Assembly: GCA_951406725.2 (NCBI GenBank)
Contig: OX597827.1
Location: 23,188,001 to 23,252,000 of the forward strand
Length of the DNA stretch: 64,000 nt
Direction: 5' to 3'
Source: Octopus vulgaris
Lineage: Eukaryota
This document shows positions 1 to 14,069 of this stretch, piece by piece; position 1 is the first letter of the stretch, and the number at the start of each line of letters is the position of its first letter. The notes under the pieces were generated by a model. That model saw only the letters and a program-made list of their open reading frames with translations. It had not been told where the DNA came from and did not search any database. A program made the position numbers and the translations under genes.

Positions 1-661
1 AATAGGTGCCAGGTTTCAAAAAGTAAAAGTCTTCAGGTCGATTCATTCAACTAAAATTTCTTCAAGGCGATGCCCCAGCATGGTCGCAGTCTAATGACTG
101 AAACTAGTAAAAATCTATCTCTCTAGGTCATCTCTCAAGACACCCCAAAATATGTAAAAAAATAAACACTAAAAACTATAAAAACCTCAATGAAATTGAT
201 GGTTCTTTGACAGAAGATCCCGAATTTTGTGTGGAAGATAAAAGGTGGCCATGGGTGACCTTTTATTTGGGAAGAAAGCTTCATGTGACATGGTTGACTC
301 TCAGGTAGGCTGCACTATTAAAAGGTCACAAAGAAATTTTGCACCATGTCTTGTCCATAATTAACACCATGTCCATAATTAACATTGGGGCTTAAATCCA
401 TGAAGAATATGACTGGTCTTTTTTTATAACCATTGTCTCCATAAATATAAAAGGTAAATTTATCCAGGCATGATTTGAATGTACCTGTAATATATCCCCA
501 GAGTGGTGCTCTGCTGGTTCTACCATTCAAGTTTGTTTGAGAATGAAAATACAGCATCAGAAGTAAGTGTTCTGAAGGAAGACTACTTTCAATGTAAGTG
601 GGGCATGTTGATAGAAGTAATAGCTATAACTTTAATACAGGTGATATCCTCCTCCTCCTCC

Positions 662-1092
662 TCATCATCATCATCGTCGTCATCGTTTAGGGTCCGCTTT
701 CCATACTGGCATGGGTTGGAGGGTTTGACTGAGGTCTGGAGAGCCAGTGGCTGCACCAGGCTCCAATCTGATCTGGCAATGTTTCTACAGCTGGATGCCT
801 TTTCTAACACCAACCACTCTGAGAGTGTAGTGGGTGCTTTTTGCGTGCCACCGGCACAGAAGCCAGTCAGGTGGGCCTGGCATCAATCACATCCGCATAG
901 TGCTTTTTACATGCCACCAGCACAGGGGCCAGTCAGGGGGTACTGGCATTGGCCACATTCGGATGATGCTTTTTACGTACCACTGGTACGGGGGCCAGTC
1001 GGGCAGACCTGGCATCAACCATGTTTGGATGGTGCTTTTTACATGCCACCAGCACGGACCAGTCAGAGGTCATTGGCCACAGCTACGATATT
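662..1092 (-). mobile_element. RTE 3' UTR-only copy with four 66-bp units
   Basis: Unit motif TGCTTTT recurs at 835, 901, 967 and 1033. Further copies at about 9175-9613(+), 10680-10900(-), 18068-18345(-), 57610-57800(+) and 59375-59738(+). Confidence 0.8.
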
Positions 1093-1297
1093 GGTAGATG
1101 GCTATGTAATATAGAATGATAGGTGGTATAGAGTTGTATGTGACATATATTGCTTCATAGGTGTTACCAAGTCACCTATCCCGTTAGAACACTCCAACAT
1201 GACGTGGCTAAACTCAAATATTATAGCAATTTGATCTGAGAACTTAAAAAGCTACAATAAATATTACAAAATATTTTTTCAACATGCTAACAATTTA

Positions 1298-1332
<35 letters not shown>

Positions 1333-1628
1333 CAACAACAACCACAACAACAACAACAACAATAATAATGATAAAATAATAATAATAATAATAATAATAA
1401 TGGTTTCAAATTTTGCCACAAAGGCAACAATTTTGGGAGAGAGGATGAGTTGATAACATCAACCCCAACAATATGCCCCATCAACTGGCACTTAATTTAT
1501 TGATCCCCATCCCCAAAGGATGAAAGGCAAAGTTGACCTTAGCAGAATTTGAACTCAGAACAAAGCAACAGGTGAAATACCACTAAGCATTTTGCTCAGC
1601 ATGCTAATGGTTCTGCCAGTTCACTGCC

Positions 1629-1701
<73 letters not shown>

Positions 1702-1703
<2 letters not shown>

Positions 1704-2235
1704 GCCCTGATGCAGTACCAGGCAGTGGCTCTCATGGCTTCTGATCTTAACTGATTGGAAGTGTTATCATGTACATTGTTTTGTCTTGGTATAAAAGATG
1801 GGCTACAGCAAATATTCTGCTCAATACCACAGATTTGCTTGTCAGTTGTTTGACCTTAATCAGTTGAGCATGTCCCTTAGTGGCTGACGATATGTGCATC
1901 TCTGATCACGAGCAGAAGTAGTGGGGGAGCATCATAGCCATGTGTTGAGAAGGATTCTTTGGGGTTTGAATACTTCACCTCTGGAAACATGGGTATTTCG
2001 TTCAACGTCCTTAAACAACCCTTATTCAGGGACCTTTTGAGCGGAATGGGTTACTCGATCTGAAGAAAATTCTAACTGGGCTCCACCTGCAAGGTCATGT
2101 GCTGTTTATCTTGATATGAGATCACCATGTCGCGCACATATGGTTGTGATGCATGTGCCTGGTGTACCCTTATCAGACGGGTAGTCATGATGGGTATACT
2201 GGGCTTCGTATATTTTACCCCAGTGTCACTTTGAT
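1702..2235 (+). mobile_element. ~550-bp non-coding interspersed repeat (family E) bordered by (AAT)n
   Basis: Homologous copies at 4140-4433(+), 52765-53305(-) and 31195-31333(-, partial). Confidence 0.8.
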
Positions 2236-2261
2236 ATAATAATAATAATAATAATAATAAT

Positions 2262-2488
2262 TGTGTACAGTGCTCAGGTGCACTACAACTCATCTAAAGT
2301 GTATATATAATCAGGTGTAGTTTCGGCAGATTTCGGAAAGCATGAGGGCCTTAAAAGATGCAGTGTCATGGCAGTCAACAACTGACGCAGGCAGTTTATT
2401 CCATGCTTCAGCAACTCTGAGCGTGAAAAAATGTTTCCGAAAGTCATGGGAGCTGTATTGTTTTCTGACTTTGTAGGCATGTCCACGG
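2262..2488 (-). mobile_element. CR1-clade LINE 3' end
   Basis: RGHAYKVRKQYSSHDFRKHFFTLRVAEAWNKLPASVVDCHDTASFKALM carries the CR1 RGH...FF..RV...WN.LP..VV...FK motif; (ATT)n tail. Confidence 0.85.
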
Positions 2489-2529
2489 CATGCTCTGCTC
2501 GCTCACTCAATAATAATAATAATAATATG

Positions 2530-2883
2530 AGCACTCAGAAAGCACAGACCTCCTCCAAGGCAACACCAACATCCTCTCAACGATTAGCCAGGGATGATTT
2601 TTAAAATGAGAATATCTGAAATAAACTTGACTGCTCTCACTAATGAGAATACTAAAAATGAACCCGACCACTCTCAAAAATTAAGTAAAAGAATAAGGAA
2701 AAGTAATCCAGAATCCTTGTCTGGTACTGGATCGATCCCAAAATCTAATCAGTTTGTGCCAGTCATGAGTCCAAACATCTCTGAAAGTTTCATCTGAATC
2801 CATCTTGAGATATCTTGTCCACGGACAAACAAACAAACACAACTGATAACAATACCTCCACCTTCACGAAGGTGGAGGTAATA
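2530..2883. mobile_element. Helentron-associated (HINE/DINE-like) non-autonomous element
   Basis: ACCTCC.CCAAGG near the left end, an (ACAA)n tract, and a perfect 13-bp terminal palindrome TACCTCCACCTTC-AC-GAAGGTGGAGGTA (2853-2880). Confidence 0.6.
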
Positions 2884-3106
2884 ATAATCCTTTCTATTAA
2901 GAGTACAAGGCCAGAAATTCGGGTGGGGGTGGGGGAACTGGTTGATTAAATCGACTCCAATATTCGACTGGTATTTATTTCATCAACTCTGAAAGGATGT
3001 AAGGCAAAGTTGACCTCGGTGGAATTTGAACTCAGAATGTAAGGACAGATGAAATACTGCTAAGAACTTTGCTTGGTGTGCTAATAATTCTGCCAGTTCA
3101 CTGCCT

Positions 3107-3119
3107 TAATAATAATAAT

Positions 3120-3178
<59 letters not shown>

Positions 3179-3292
3179 TAGTAATGATAATAATAGTAAT
3201 GATAATAACAATAATAATAATAGTAATAATAATAATAATAATAGTAATAGTAATAATAACAACAACAACAACAATAATAGCAACAACGATAA
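3107..3292. repeat. (AAT)n/(AAC)n microsatellite
   Basis: Directly visible. Confidence 0.95.
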
Positions 3293-3295
3293 TAT

Positions 3296-3495
3296 GTTGA
3301 GTGGAACATAAAGGAAATAGGAATGGAGTTGTTGGAAAAAGATTGCCTCTTTGGCATGGCTAGAATCATCAGGAAAGTATTAGACAGTTGAAGAGAACAG
3401 GTAGCATGGTATTGTTGGCTGCAGGTAGCAAACCTGTTACTCATGTAAGATTCCAGGAGTTCCAACAAAACCTAAGTTAAAAGAATAATAATAAC
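3296..3495 (+). mobile_element. R4/Dong-like LINE 3' end next to (AAT)n
   Basis: GMELLEKDCLFGMARIIRKVLDS* resembles the REL-endonuclease C-terminal LQK..LLGTARI.RKVL motif. Confidence 0.6.
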
Positions 3496-5174
3496 TTTCT
3501 AATTTGGTCACAAGGCCATTGCTGGAAGTTTATTACAATGGCTGACAATAAAACACCTTGTTGTATTGAATGAGAAAAGAAAAAAATCTTGTTGTATTGA
3601 ATGAGAAAAGAAAAAAAAAACATAAAATATTTATTAACTAATAAAGATAATTGTTTCTAATTTTGGTAGAAAGCCAGAAAATTTGAGGGGGAGGGGGTGC
3701 AAATCAATTACAACAACACCAGTTCTTGATGGTTACTTATTTTATCAACGTCAAAAGAGTGGAAGGTAACGTTGACCTTGACAGAGTTTGACGCATTCAG
3801 TCTGAGGAGATGGATGAAATGACACCAAGAATTTGGTCCACTATTCCAACAATTGTACCAACTTGGCATCTGAAAAATAATAATGATTTCAAATTTTTGC
3901 CACAAGGGCAGCTTGGGGGTGTGGAGGGGATTAAGTCAATTACACAGACCCCAGTGTATAACTGGTACTAATTCAATTGACCCTAAAAGGATGAACGGCA
4001 AAGTCACCCTCAGCGGAATTTGAGTTATGGGCAAAATATCGCTAAGCATTTCGCCCGGCGTGCTAACAATTCTGCCAGCTCTCTGCTTTAACAACAACAA
4101 CGATGATGATGATGATATTAATAACAACAATAATATTATGGGTTTGAATAATTCACCTTTTGAAACATGGGTGTTTCATTCAACATCTTTAAACATCTTA
4201 TTCAGGGACCTTTTGAGCGGGATGGGTTACTTGACCTGAAGAAAATTCTAACTGGGCCCCATTTTCAAAGTCATGCACTGTTTATCTTGATATGAGATCA
4301 CCATGTCGCGCACATATGGTTGTGATGCATGTGCCTGGTGTACTCTTATCAGATGGGTAGTCATGATGGGTATACTGGGCTTCATATATTTTAGCCCAGT
4401 GTGACTTTGATGGTATGCACTGCTCTCTCACACAATAATAATAATAATAATAATAATCAAGGCCTGAAGTTTAGGAGGAGGGACTAGTTGATTAGATTGA
4501 CCTCAGTGTTTCATTGGTTCTTAATTTATCAACCCTGAAGGAATGAAAGAGAAAGTCGACCTTGGTGGAATTTGAACCCTGAATGTAAAAACAGGCAAAA
4601 TGCTGCTGAGCATTCTGTCTGGTATGCTGATTAGTCTACCTAATCACTGCATTAATTATAATACTAATACTAAAAATAATAACAACGGTGATGGTAATTA
4701 TTGCTAAGACATCAATAGCTATTTTGTATTTAAGCAAAAAATGATGGAACTTGAGTAGGATTCAATATGTTGCTGCTGGTAATGTTTTAGGCTGAGCTCA
4801 GCCCTGGATCCGGTCGACAGACCAGACATATGATGAAACACATTCTTATTGTTACCATTCCATCTTCTAAACAGACTGCGGAATCTGACATGGTCTTGCT
4901 TTCTCTTAAGACAGTTGCATGTGACTTGCGGACGATATGCCTGCAATTTCTCTCGTACGGAGCATCTACATAGTGACTCTGTCATTGGGTAGAGACATTG
5001 ATGATGACGATGACGACGACGACGATGTTGATGATGAAGATGGTGGTGGTTTATTGTAGGAGAATAAGACAGTTGTTGTACAGACAAATCACAGGGGGTG
5101 TGGTAATGCAGACAAACACACACGCAAACACACACACACACACACACACATACACACACAAACACACACCCATA

Positions 5175-6380
5175 CAGGTGTGTAATGTAGTTTTTGGGTC
5201 ATTGCTGCATTTTTTGCTAAGTCTGTATAATCTTTCTTTCAGAAAATAATAATGGCAAAGCTTACTCAAGAAATGAAGAGGCATGCTGTTATTGTGGTTA
5301 TAAAGGCTGAGCATGGGGATTTAGAAATATCTTGATCTTTAAAGTTGCCAGATCTTTCATCTACAAAGTTTGTAAGATGGAAATGTTTCACCAGTATCAA
5401 AGCAAAAAAAAAAAAAGCATTCTAAATGCTCCGAAATCATCAGAATTTATCCAGCAAGTTCAACAGACCATTGATTACAATCCCAGAAAGTCCATGAGGT
5501 CAATTGCAAAAGAACTCCATGTGTCAGAAGAAACAGTCAGAAATGTTGTTCACGAAGACATCAGATATAAGTCTTATATGATGAGGAAAGGTCAATTTGT
5601 CAGAGAAAGCAAAGAAAATCACTACATCAGATCTAAAACTGAAAAATCCAGCAGAAGAAGAACTGATTTGGTTTTTCTCAAACGAGAAAAACTTCGACCA
5701 AGATCAAAAATGTTAACATAAGAAATGACAGATGGTTCTGTGCAGACCTTTCTGAAGTTCCAAGTGTTATGCATACAAAATTTCCTGCCACTGTCATGGT
5801 TTTAGAGGTTGTCAGCAATGAAGGACATGTGATGCCTCCTTACTTACTTATTTCCACAAGGCCTTAGAGTTAACTCTGCTGCCTACATTGAGGTCCTGGA
5901 AATAATTGTTAAGCCCTGGATAGACACTGTATGTAATGGAAGGTCATATGTACTTCAGTAAATCTCTGCACTATCACACATGGCTCTAGTAACACAGGAA
6001 TGGATAGCTGAATATTTTCATGATCACATAACCCCTAACATTTGGATCCCTAATTCCCCAAATCTCAATCCATTGGACTATTATATATGGAGGATTACTG
6101 AGAGAGAGGTCAATGAACACGCCCATAACACCAAAGCTGCCATAGTCAGAGTAATGTCCAAAATGAACCAGGACCACTTGATTCGAGCATGTAGATGATT
6201 TAGATCTCATATAGAAGCAGTTGTTGAAGCTGAAGGTGGCTTTATTGAATAACATTATAGAAAAGAACGTTTATTTTTATCCTCATAACATTTTTTGATA
6301 AATAAAGTTATTATCTATTATTATATATCTGTTTTTTTTTTATAACCATAAATCTGTCCTCAAATATCTTATGCACCCAG
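5175..6380 (+). mobile_element. Degenerate Tc1/mariner DD37D (maT-like) element
   Basis: HTH-like PRKSMRSIAKELHVSEETVR, then FSNEKNF, KFPATVMV..VVSNEG.VMPP and WIPNSPNLNPLDYYIW. TA flanks; TIRs eroded. Confidence 0.8.
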
Positions 6381-6589
6381 TATGCATGCATGTTGTTTTA
6401 AAATTTAGAAAACTGAATTCCACCGACATATGACAAGTGTTGCTGGAAGGCCACAAGTGATTGGCATATAAGAACATATCAATTGCAATGTTATACATAG
6501 GAAAAAGCTAAGTGGATGGAAGAATTGATAGATTAATAGGTATAGACACAGATAGACATATATATACACAGGTAAGTAAATATATATAG

Positions 6590-6634
6590 ATGATAGACAG
6601 ACATACATATATATATCTGTGTGTGTGTGTGTGT

Positions 6635-6671
<37 letters not shown>

Positions 6672-6757
6672 TATATATATATATGTAGCGGCTATGGTTT
6701 CGTTGTTTGGAGGTCTTACACATGCATACACACACATGCATAATACTTACATATATA

Positions 6758-6817
<60 letters not shown>

Positions 6818-6943
6818 TATATATATATATATATACACATACAGACATACATAGAGAGAGAGAGAAGGAGATAGATAGATAAATAGATTGATAGATAGAC
6901 GATAGAATGATAGATAGATTGATATATGTATATGTGTGTGTGT

Positions 6944-7023
<80 letters not shown>

Positions 7024-7274
7024 TAAAGCTGAAAAGAAATGCGGATACAGAAATAGAAAGAGATAGACATACATGCATGCATGAATGCACACAGACAGAC
7101 AAACATGGGTGCACACAGACACATACACATAAACAGACTGACTTAGACAGGCAGATAACTAGACAGACAGACATAGACACAGACAGACATAGACACAGAC
7201 AGACTGACGGACAGACAGATAGAGAGATAGAGTGACAGACAGACATGGACAAACAGATAGATTGACACCCAAAC

Positions 7275-7371
<97 letters not shown>

Positions 7372-7410
7372 GAGATAAATAGATAGATAGATAGACAGAC
7401 AGACAGTAAG
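6590..7410. repeat. Compound microsatellite (TA, TG, AG, GACA, GATA)
   Basis: Directly visible. Confidence 0.95.
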
Positions 7411-7591
7411 ATAGATTGAAGACAGATATAAGATAATAGAGATTGATTGTTTGATTAAATGAACTTACCTTGAAATAAGTCTGACTGTCTCTGTGGTAAA
7501 TTATCTTGATTACTGGCTAATGAATTAAAATACAATCACACAGCCAGACACACAATTACACTGGCAAAAACATATCTAATTACATACATAT

Positions 7592-7632
<41 letters not shown>

Positions 7633-7635
7633 GTA

Positions 7636-7683
<48 letters not shown>

Positions 7684-10079
7684 TACATATGTGTGTGTGT
7701 GTGTGTGCATGTAAATATATATAAGTATGTATATATGTATTCTCATACAAACAGAAATACATTCACACACTTGCACGCACATACACACAAACACACATAT
7801 TTATAAACAGGCACGCTTCACACACATACGCACTACACACATACACACACTGAGAGAGAGAGAGACACACCGTACCCTCCCCTTCGTTCTGGGTGTTTTG
7901 AATTAACATGTCTTTTGTTTTTAGATTTTCAGATGTTATGATGAGATCTGACTTCACAAAACTCTCTCCGCGTAAACGTGTGTGTGTGTGTGTGTACTTG
8001 GTCGTACACACACACACATATATATAATGAACACATATTTATATATGTTTGTATGTGTGTATGTAAGAATGCCTGAATATATTGTAATATTACCAAGGGA
8101 AAATACCTCAGTCTAGTGTACTGAATATTAAATAAAAATATAGTTAGGTCCAGTCCTATTCTCAACTACTTAACAACCTTGAAGCTGTCTATATGTCTGT
8201 CTGTCTGTCCATCCATCCATCCATCTTGCTATCTATACACACATACACTCTGATATGTATTTGTGTGTGTTTTGTATAAGTGTGTATACATGTACACACA
8301 CATACACACACATTCCATGTACATACGTCTGTATGATATGTGTAATTGAAAAAAGTTTGCAATTTTTCACAGACATTTTTCTCATAACAGTGACCCCCTC
8401 CACCTGCGAACCTCAGAGACATACCTGGTGGTAATTAAGTGTGATGGAGTTATCTTCTTTCATACCAAATACTGACTTATTCACAATGGTAATTGGAATG
8501 ATACAATAATTTTCCTTAAAATGTACTTTTGTCAAAACCAAACTGGTTAATTAAAAAGTCAACAGTTTTAAGTGTGGTTTATGGCACAAGAAGTATGGAC
8601 ATGTGAGACATTTTTGGAAATGACCAAAATCTTAGTCTCATGACAGACGCTGTATTAAGTCCAGATATGGCTGTCTGGTTGACAAGTTCTTTTCACAGCT
8701 ATGTTTGATATAAGCTTGATCCCACTCTGCAGTTCTTTGGGCACTCGTCTTCCATCATAGCTTCAGGGAGTGGAATTAATTGACAGGAAGACTGCAGAAA
8801 CCAAAAGTACATATGTATCATCATCATCATCATCATCGCCGTTGTTGTCATCATTGCCATTGTCCTCCTCTTCCTCCCTCTCCCTTCCTCTCTCCATCTT
8901 CCACGTCTACTTCCTCCTCCTCCTCCCCGGCGCCGCCGCCGCCACCGCAACCGCCACCACCACCAACACCAAAGGGGCTGAATTGCAACAGAAATAGGAT
9001 AACAGAAGGATTAGGGTTCCCTTTTGCTATGATTTCATGGGTCAAATCAGAAATACCGTGACTAGATGCTTATCGTGTGACAGCCCCTTCCTCTTTCCAA
9101 GCAATTCATTTTCCCCCAAGTCCTATTTCTTCTCAAACACAACCAGCTCAATGGCCAGACATGTTTTTACAGAATGGCACCTGTGCCGGTGGAATGTGTA
9201 AAAGATTCGAGCAAGGTCATTGCCAGTACCGCCTGACTGGCCCCGTGCTGGTAGCACGTAAAAGAACCCACTACACTCTCGGAGTGGTTGGCATTAGGAA
9301 GGGCAAGACACCATTCGAGCATGATCATTACCAGCATCACCTTACTGGCACCTGTGCCGGTAGCATGTGTAAAAGATTCGAGCAAAGGTCGTTGCCAGTA
9401 CCGCCTGACTGGCCCTCATGCTGGTGGCACATAAAAAGCACCCACTACACTCTCGGAGTGGTTGGTGTTAGGAAGGGCATCCAGCTGTAGAAACTCTGCC
9501 AGATCAAGATTGGAGCCTGGTGCAGCCATCTGGTTCACCAGCCCTCAGTCATTCGTCCAGCCCATGCTAGCATGGAAAGCGGACATTAAACGATGATGAT
9601 GATGATGATGATGACTGCAAATGAAGGAACACAACCTGTGTGATGATAATGTTTGTCTACACACACATGTATGTATGTCATTATTAAGTTTTATTTCAAG
9701 ATTTCTTGAATAAGATAAAGAGCTGGTTTCTAACCTAGATCCAACGCTCCTTTATTGCAATTTCTACAACATCAACAGAGTATGTATGTATATATATGTG
9801 AAAATTTGTATGCTTTGTTTTGTGTATATATTCTCATGTGTGTGAAGACGATTCACCGAGAGACAATATCTTTTTATAAATAAACTGTTTTTATTTGTAA
9901 GTCTAATAAAACTTTTTTGTAATTTTTACTTTGTTTTTAAAAAATGTAGGCATATTGTCCTTTCGGCAAATTGTCCAATCGGTCACTTGTCCTGTTTGTA
10001 AGTTGTCTGTCAGCCAACTGTCTGATGACAAATTGTCTGTCTACCGTTCTCATGTATATAGTTGCATATCTAGACATGC

Positions 10080-10290
10080 TCATATATACTTAATGATAAA
10101 CTTCTGGAAAGTTTTACAGATTTTTACAGTTCCACTGACAGCTTGGATCTGTAGTCTTTGAATAAACTTTCTCGTTTCTGGTTTTGAGAAGCCTAATTTC
10201 TCGAGATTGGTATTTAGGCAGTATGTTATGCATCTCAGTACCCCAATAATTACAGGTATAAACCTGAACTTGTAATATGGAAAGAATAAC
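10080..10290 (-). mobile_element. R4/Dong-like LINE 3' coding fragment
   Basis: FIPVIIGVLR...LEKLGF...IQRLQ...SGTVKICKTF matches the P.IIGALG...L..LG...LQ...GT..I pattern. Confidence 0.6.
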
Positions 10291-10328
10291 TGCAGATTCC
10301 TCAATGGTTCTGCATATGTAAGTATTTA

Positions 10329-10362
<34 letters not shown>

Positions 10363-11039
10363 TCTTTCTGTATGTATGTTATATACCAGTGACATAAACC
10401 AGTGAATCTAAATGCCTCATGGTATTTGCTTCCATTGAGTCGCCCTGGTCACTCCCTTGACCCTGTTGTACTCATAAATGCAGTGACTCCGGAACCAATA
10501 AATTTATTGTTAATCAAATTCCGTTTAAAACAGATAAATAACATCTCTGAAAGCTTGACAAGTTGTAACTTTGAACAAATATCAGTCAACTTGTTTCAGG
10601 AAATTTCAGTAAGTATAGCTCATTATCATCATCATCATCATTATCACCACCACCACCACCACCACCACCACAACCATCAACATCATTTAACATCCCTTTT
10701 TACCATGCTGGCATGGGTTGGATGGTTTGACAAGAACAGACAAAATGAAGGACTGCACCAAGCTCCAATTGTCTGCTTTGGCAGGGTTTCTACAGCTGGA
10801 TGCCCTTCCTAATGCCAACCACTTTACAGAGTGGACTGGGTGCTTTTTTTTTTTACATGGCACTGGTGTTAGTGAGGTGACCAAGTTCCTGCGAGATAAG
10901 ACCCTCACACTGAGTAGGGTACACTCTGGAGGGATAAGAAACTATGATGGAGCGAGAGGAGTTGGTGTCTTGCTGAAGAGGTGAATATATATATAGAAGT
11001 GTGTGTGTATACATATATTGCACACACACACATACACAT

Positions 11040-11330
11040 GCATGCCAGATCCAGCCTTCAATCCTCAGAGAGAGAAGAGATTTAGTAACAAAGCCAAACT
11101 TACAATCTTCAATTTGGTTTTTGCATCTATTCTGACCAAAGGTCATCATCATTGGGTAATGAGTGACAGAGAGGAACCAAAGAGAAGTGGTCGAAATAGG
11201 GTCCCTCTGAAGAATCTCAGTAATGACATTACTCAACAAGGTGTGTGGCCTAGAGATCTTGGGGGTCTCTCCAGGTTGAGCCACCACTTCTCTGTATTGC
11301 GAGGTCACTCCTCTGCTGTTATGGTTGTGA
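11040..11330 (+). mobile_element. Degenerate fragment of a different RTE LINE (Expander/Rex3-like)
   Basis: KAKLTIFNLVFASILTKGHHHWVMSDR resembles the RTE post-RT motif K.KL.I...F.P.LTYG.E.W..T.R. Confidence 0.6.
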
Positions 11331-11394
11331 GAATAAAATGCTGCTGGAAAGAATTGCAAGACTGATTTTTGAAGCTGGGTCTATGGATGGAGGA

Positions 11395-12063
11395 GGAGAG
11401 ATGTGTGAAGAAGTGCCACTATCAAAGAGTGGAAGGTATCCGGGGTAGAGGGAGACCCAGAAAAACATGGGATGAGGTGGTGAAGCATGACCTTCGAACG
11501 TTGGGCCTCACAGAGGCAATGACAAAAGACCGAGACCTTTGGAGATATGCTGTGATTGAGAAGACCTGGCAAGTAAAGTGAGTTCATAGCTGTAACCTAC
11601 ACCAGTGTTGCATAACCAGCCCACTCAAAAAGTAACTCGGATTGTAGGGCGACATGCTGTGCTTGAGGGGACCTATTGTGTCAAGTACGTCAACATCAAA
11701 TGAAATCACAATCATATGGAAATTGTAGTTGTGGTCCCTGTATCAGTGGTATGTAAAAAACACCATCTGAATGTGGCTGATGCCAGTGCCACCCTGATTG
11801 GCTCCTGTGCCGGTGGCACGTAAACAGTACCATCCAGTCATGGTCAATGCCAGCCCCCTCTGGCCCCTGTACTGGTAGCATATATAAAAAGCACCCACTA
11901 TACCCTCGGAGTGGTTGGCGTTAGGAAGGGCATCCAGCTGTAGAAACACTGCCAGATCAGACTGGAGCCTGGTGCAGCCTCCTGGCTTCCCAGACTCCAG
12001 TCGTACCGTCCAACCCATGCCAGCATGAAAAACGGACGTTAAACGATGATGATGATGATGATG
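11395..12063 (+). mobile_element. 5'-truncated RTE-clade LINE (ORF C-terminus, 3' UTR with 66-bp repeats, (GAT)n tail)
   Basis: VEGIRGRGRPRKTWDEVVKHDLRTLGLTEAMTKDRDLWR is the typical RTE C-terminus, and it runs directly into the repeat-bearing UTR. Confidence 0.85.
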
Positions 12064-12687
12064 GTCAACTGGCAAGAAACTCAGATGTGTAGAACAAGAA
12101 CCAGATGGCTGGTTGGCTGGATAGTCTCAGTTGGTCATGTTTTGGGAGTCCAGTCGGAGAGTTTGACGAAGATTGCTTCTGAAAGAACTCTACGGTAGTA
12201 GTGGTTGGGGGAAGAAGATTGATGGATGTGTGTGTATCTATGTGTCTGTGTTTGTCCCCACCCTCTCTGCTTAACAGCTGGTGTTGGTCTGTTTACATCC
12301 CAATCCTTAGCAGTTTGGCACAAAAGACTGATAGAATAAGCACAAGGCTTAAAAATGAAAACAAGCCCTGGGGTTGGTTTGTTTGACTAAAAATTCTTCA
12401 AGGCAGTGCCCCGGCATGGCCACAGTCTAGTGATTAAAATAGGTACAAAATAAAAGATATTTGTGACAACATTGCTGCCACTGGAAAAGACATGACCAGC
12501 CACACATGACAATCACTGACCAAGCGATCTGCTGTGTCCTCTCTCTGTCTCTGCTTACACTCATACAACAACAGCCTCTGCTCCTTTGAACTAGACATCT
12601 ACTTACCTTCGCTATCTAGAACCTTCTCTCTTCCTATCAACATTCTCACTGTCTTCATCTCCCTAAAACCCCACAAAAGTCTTAGAT

Positions 12688-12999
12688 CAGTGGTTCTCAA
12701 CCAGGGTGGTATGGGGGTGCGGTCCATTTAAGATTTAGTTTTTAAAATTTATGGCTAATAAATTGCTTATTCCTCTACAATACACAAAATGCTTTATTCT
12801 TTAACTTGTTTCAGTCATTTGACTGTGGTCATGCTGGAACACCGCCTTTAGTTGAACAAATTGACCCCCAGGGTTTATTCTTTGTAAGCCTAGTACTTAT
12901 TCTATCGGTCTCTTTTGTCAAACTGACAAGTTATGGGTACCTAAACACACCAACATCAGTTGTCAAGTGATAGTGGGGGTGACAAACACAGACACACAA

Positions 13000-13048
<49 letters not shown>

Positions 13049-13344
13049 TGATGGGCTTCTTTCAGTTTCCATCAACCAAATCCACTCACAAGGCTTTGGC
13101 CGGTCCGAGGCTATAATAGAAGACACTTGCCCAAGGTGCCATGCAGTGGGACTGAACTTGGAACCATGTGATTGGTAAGTAAGCTACTTACCACACAGCC
13201 ACTCAACAATTTTTAAAAATAAAATCCCTAAAATTTAATTATAGAAATATAGGATTTAAAAATATATTGACTGGTCTGGAGGGTCCATCCAAGTAAAATA
13301 GGAACCAGAAGGGTCCATTGGCAAAAAATGGTCGAGAAACACTG
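12688..13344. mobile_element. hAT (Charlie-like) MITE with a nested family B SINE
   Basis: TIR CAGTGGTTCTCAACC / GGTCGAGAAACACTG (13 of 15 match); 8-bp TSD TCTTAGAT. Confidence 0.85.
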
Positions 13345-13583
13345 TCTTAGATCAACTCTTCTCCTCTGGAATCTGAGTGGAATTTTCTTCTTGTATTTTT
13401 CTTGTAGATTCTGATCTTCAGGTGTTCAAAGTAACAATCAGTGAATGACAACTGTTGCAAGGGCCGACCGGCATGAGGTTACTGGCAACAGTTTTATGTT
13501 AAATGTCTAACGTTGCTCTACGAATGCGGTTGTTTGATTTTCCTCCACGTTCTCAAAATAAACCACTGAACAAACATGTGTAC

Positions 13584-13618
<35 letters not shown>

Positions 13619-13629
13619 ATTACATACAT

Positions 13630-13672
<43 letters not shown>

Positions 13673-13780
13673 CACATAAATATACATACATATACATACA
13701 CACACACATACATATGTATCTACATTGTTAGCTGTATTTCTTCTTCTTTACACCTGACTTCTAGATGTAGGTGGGAAAAA

Positions 13781-13840
<60 letters not shown>

Positions 13841-13985
13841 ATGTATGTACCTATGTATGTACGTATGTGAAATATATATATATGTATGTGTGCGTATGTA
13901 TACATATATATACATACATATATACAGACACATATAGACCTACATATATTCTGAAAAAAATAAGGAAGAAAGCGTAATAGGGAGT

Positions 13986-14031
<46 letters not shown>

Positions 14032-14032
14032 C

Positions 14033-14069
<37 letters not shown>

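Noticed and set aside
830-1092. CRISPR-like appearance of regularly spaced repeats
   Set aside because: The whole 66-bp unit is repeated with no unique spacers. It belongs to a LINE 3' UTR in a eukaryotic genome with no cas genes.
503-1114. 203-aa ORF with a repeated FYMPP motif
   Set aside because: Antisense reading of the 66-bp (3n) UTR array; reading frames are not preserved among copies.
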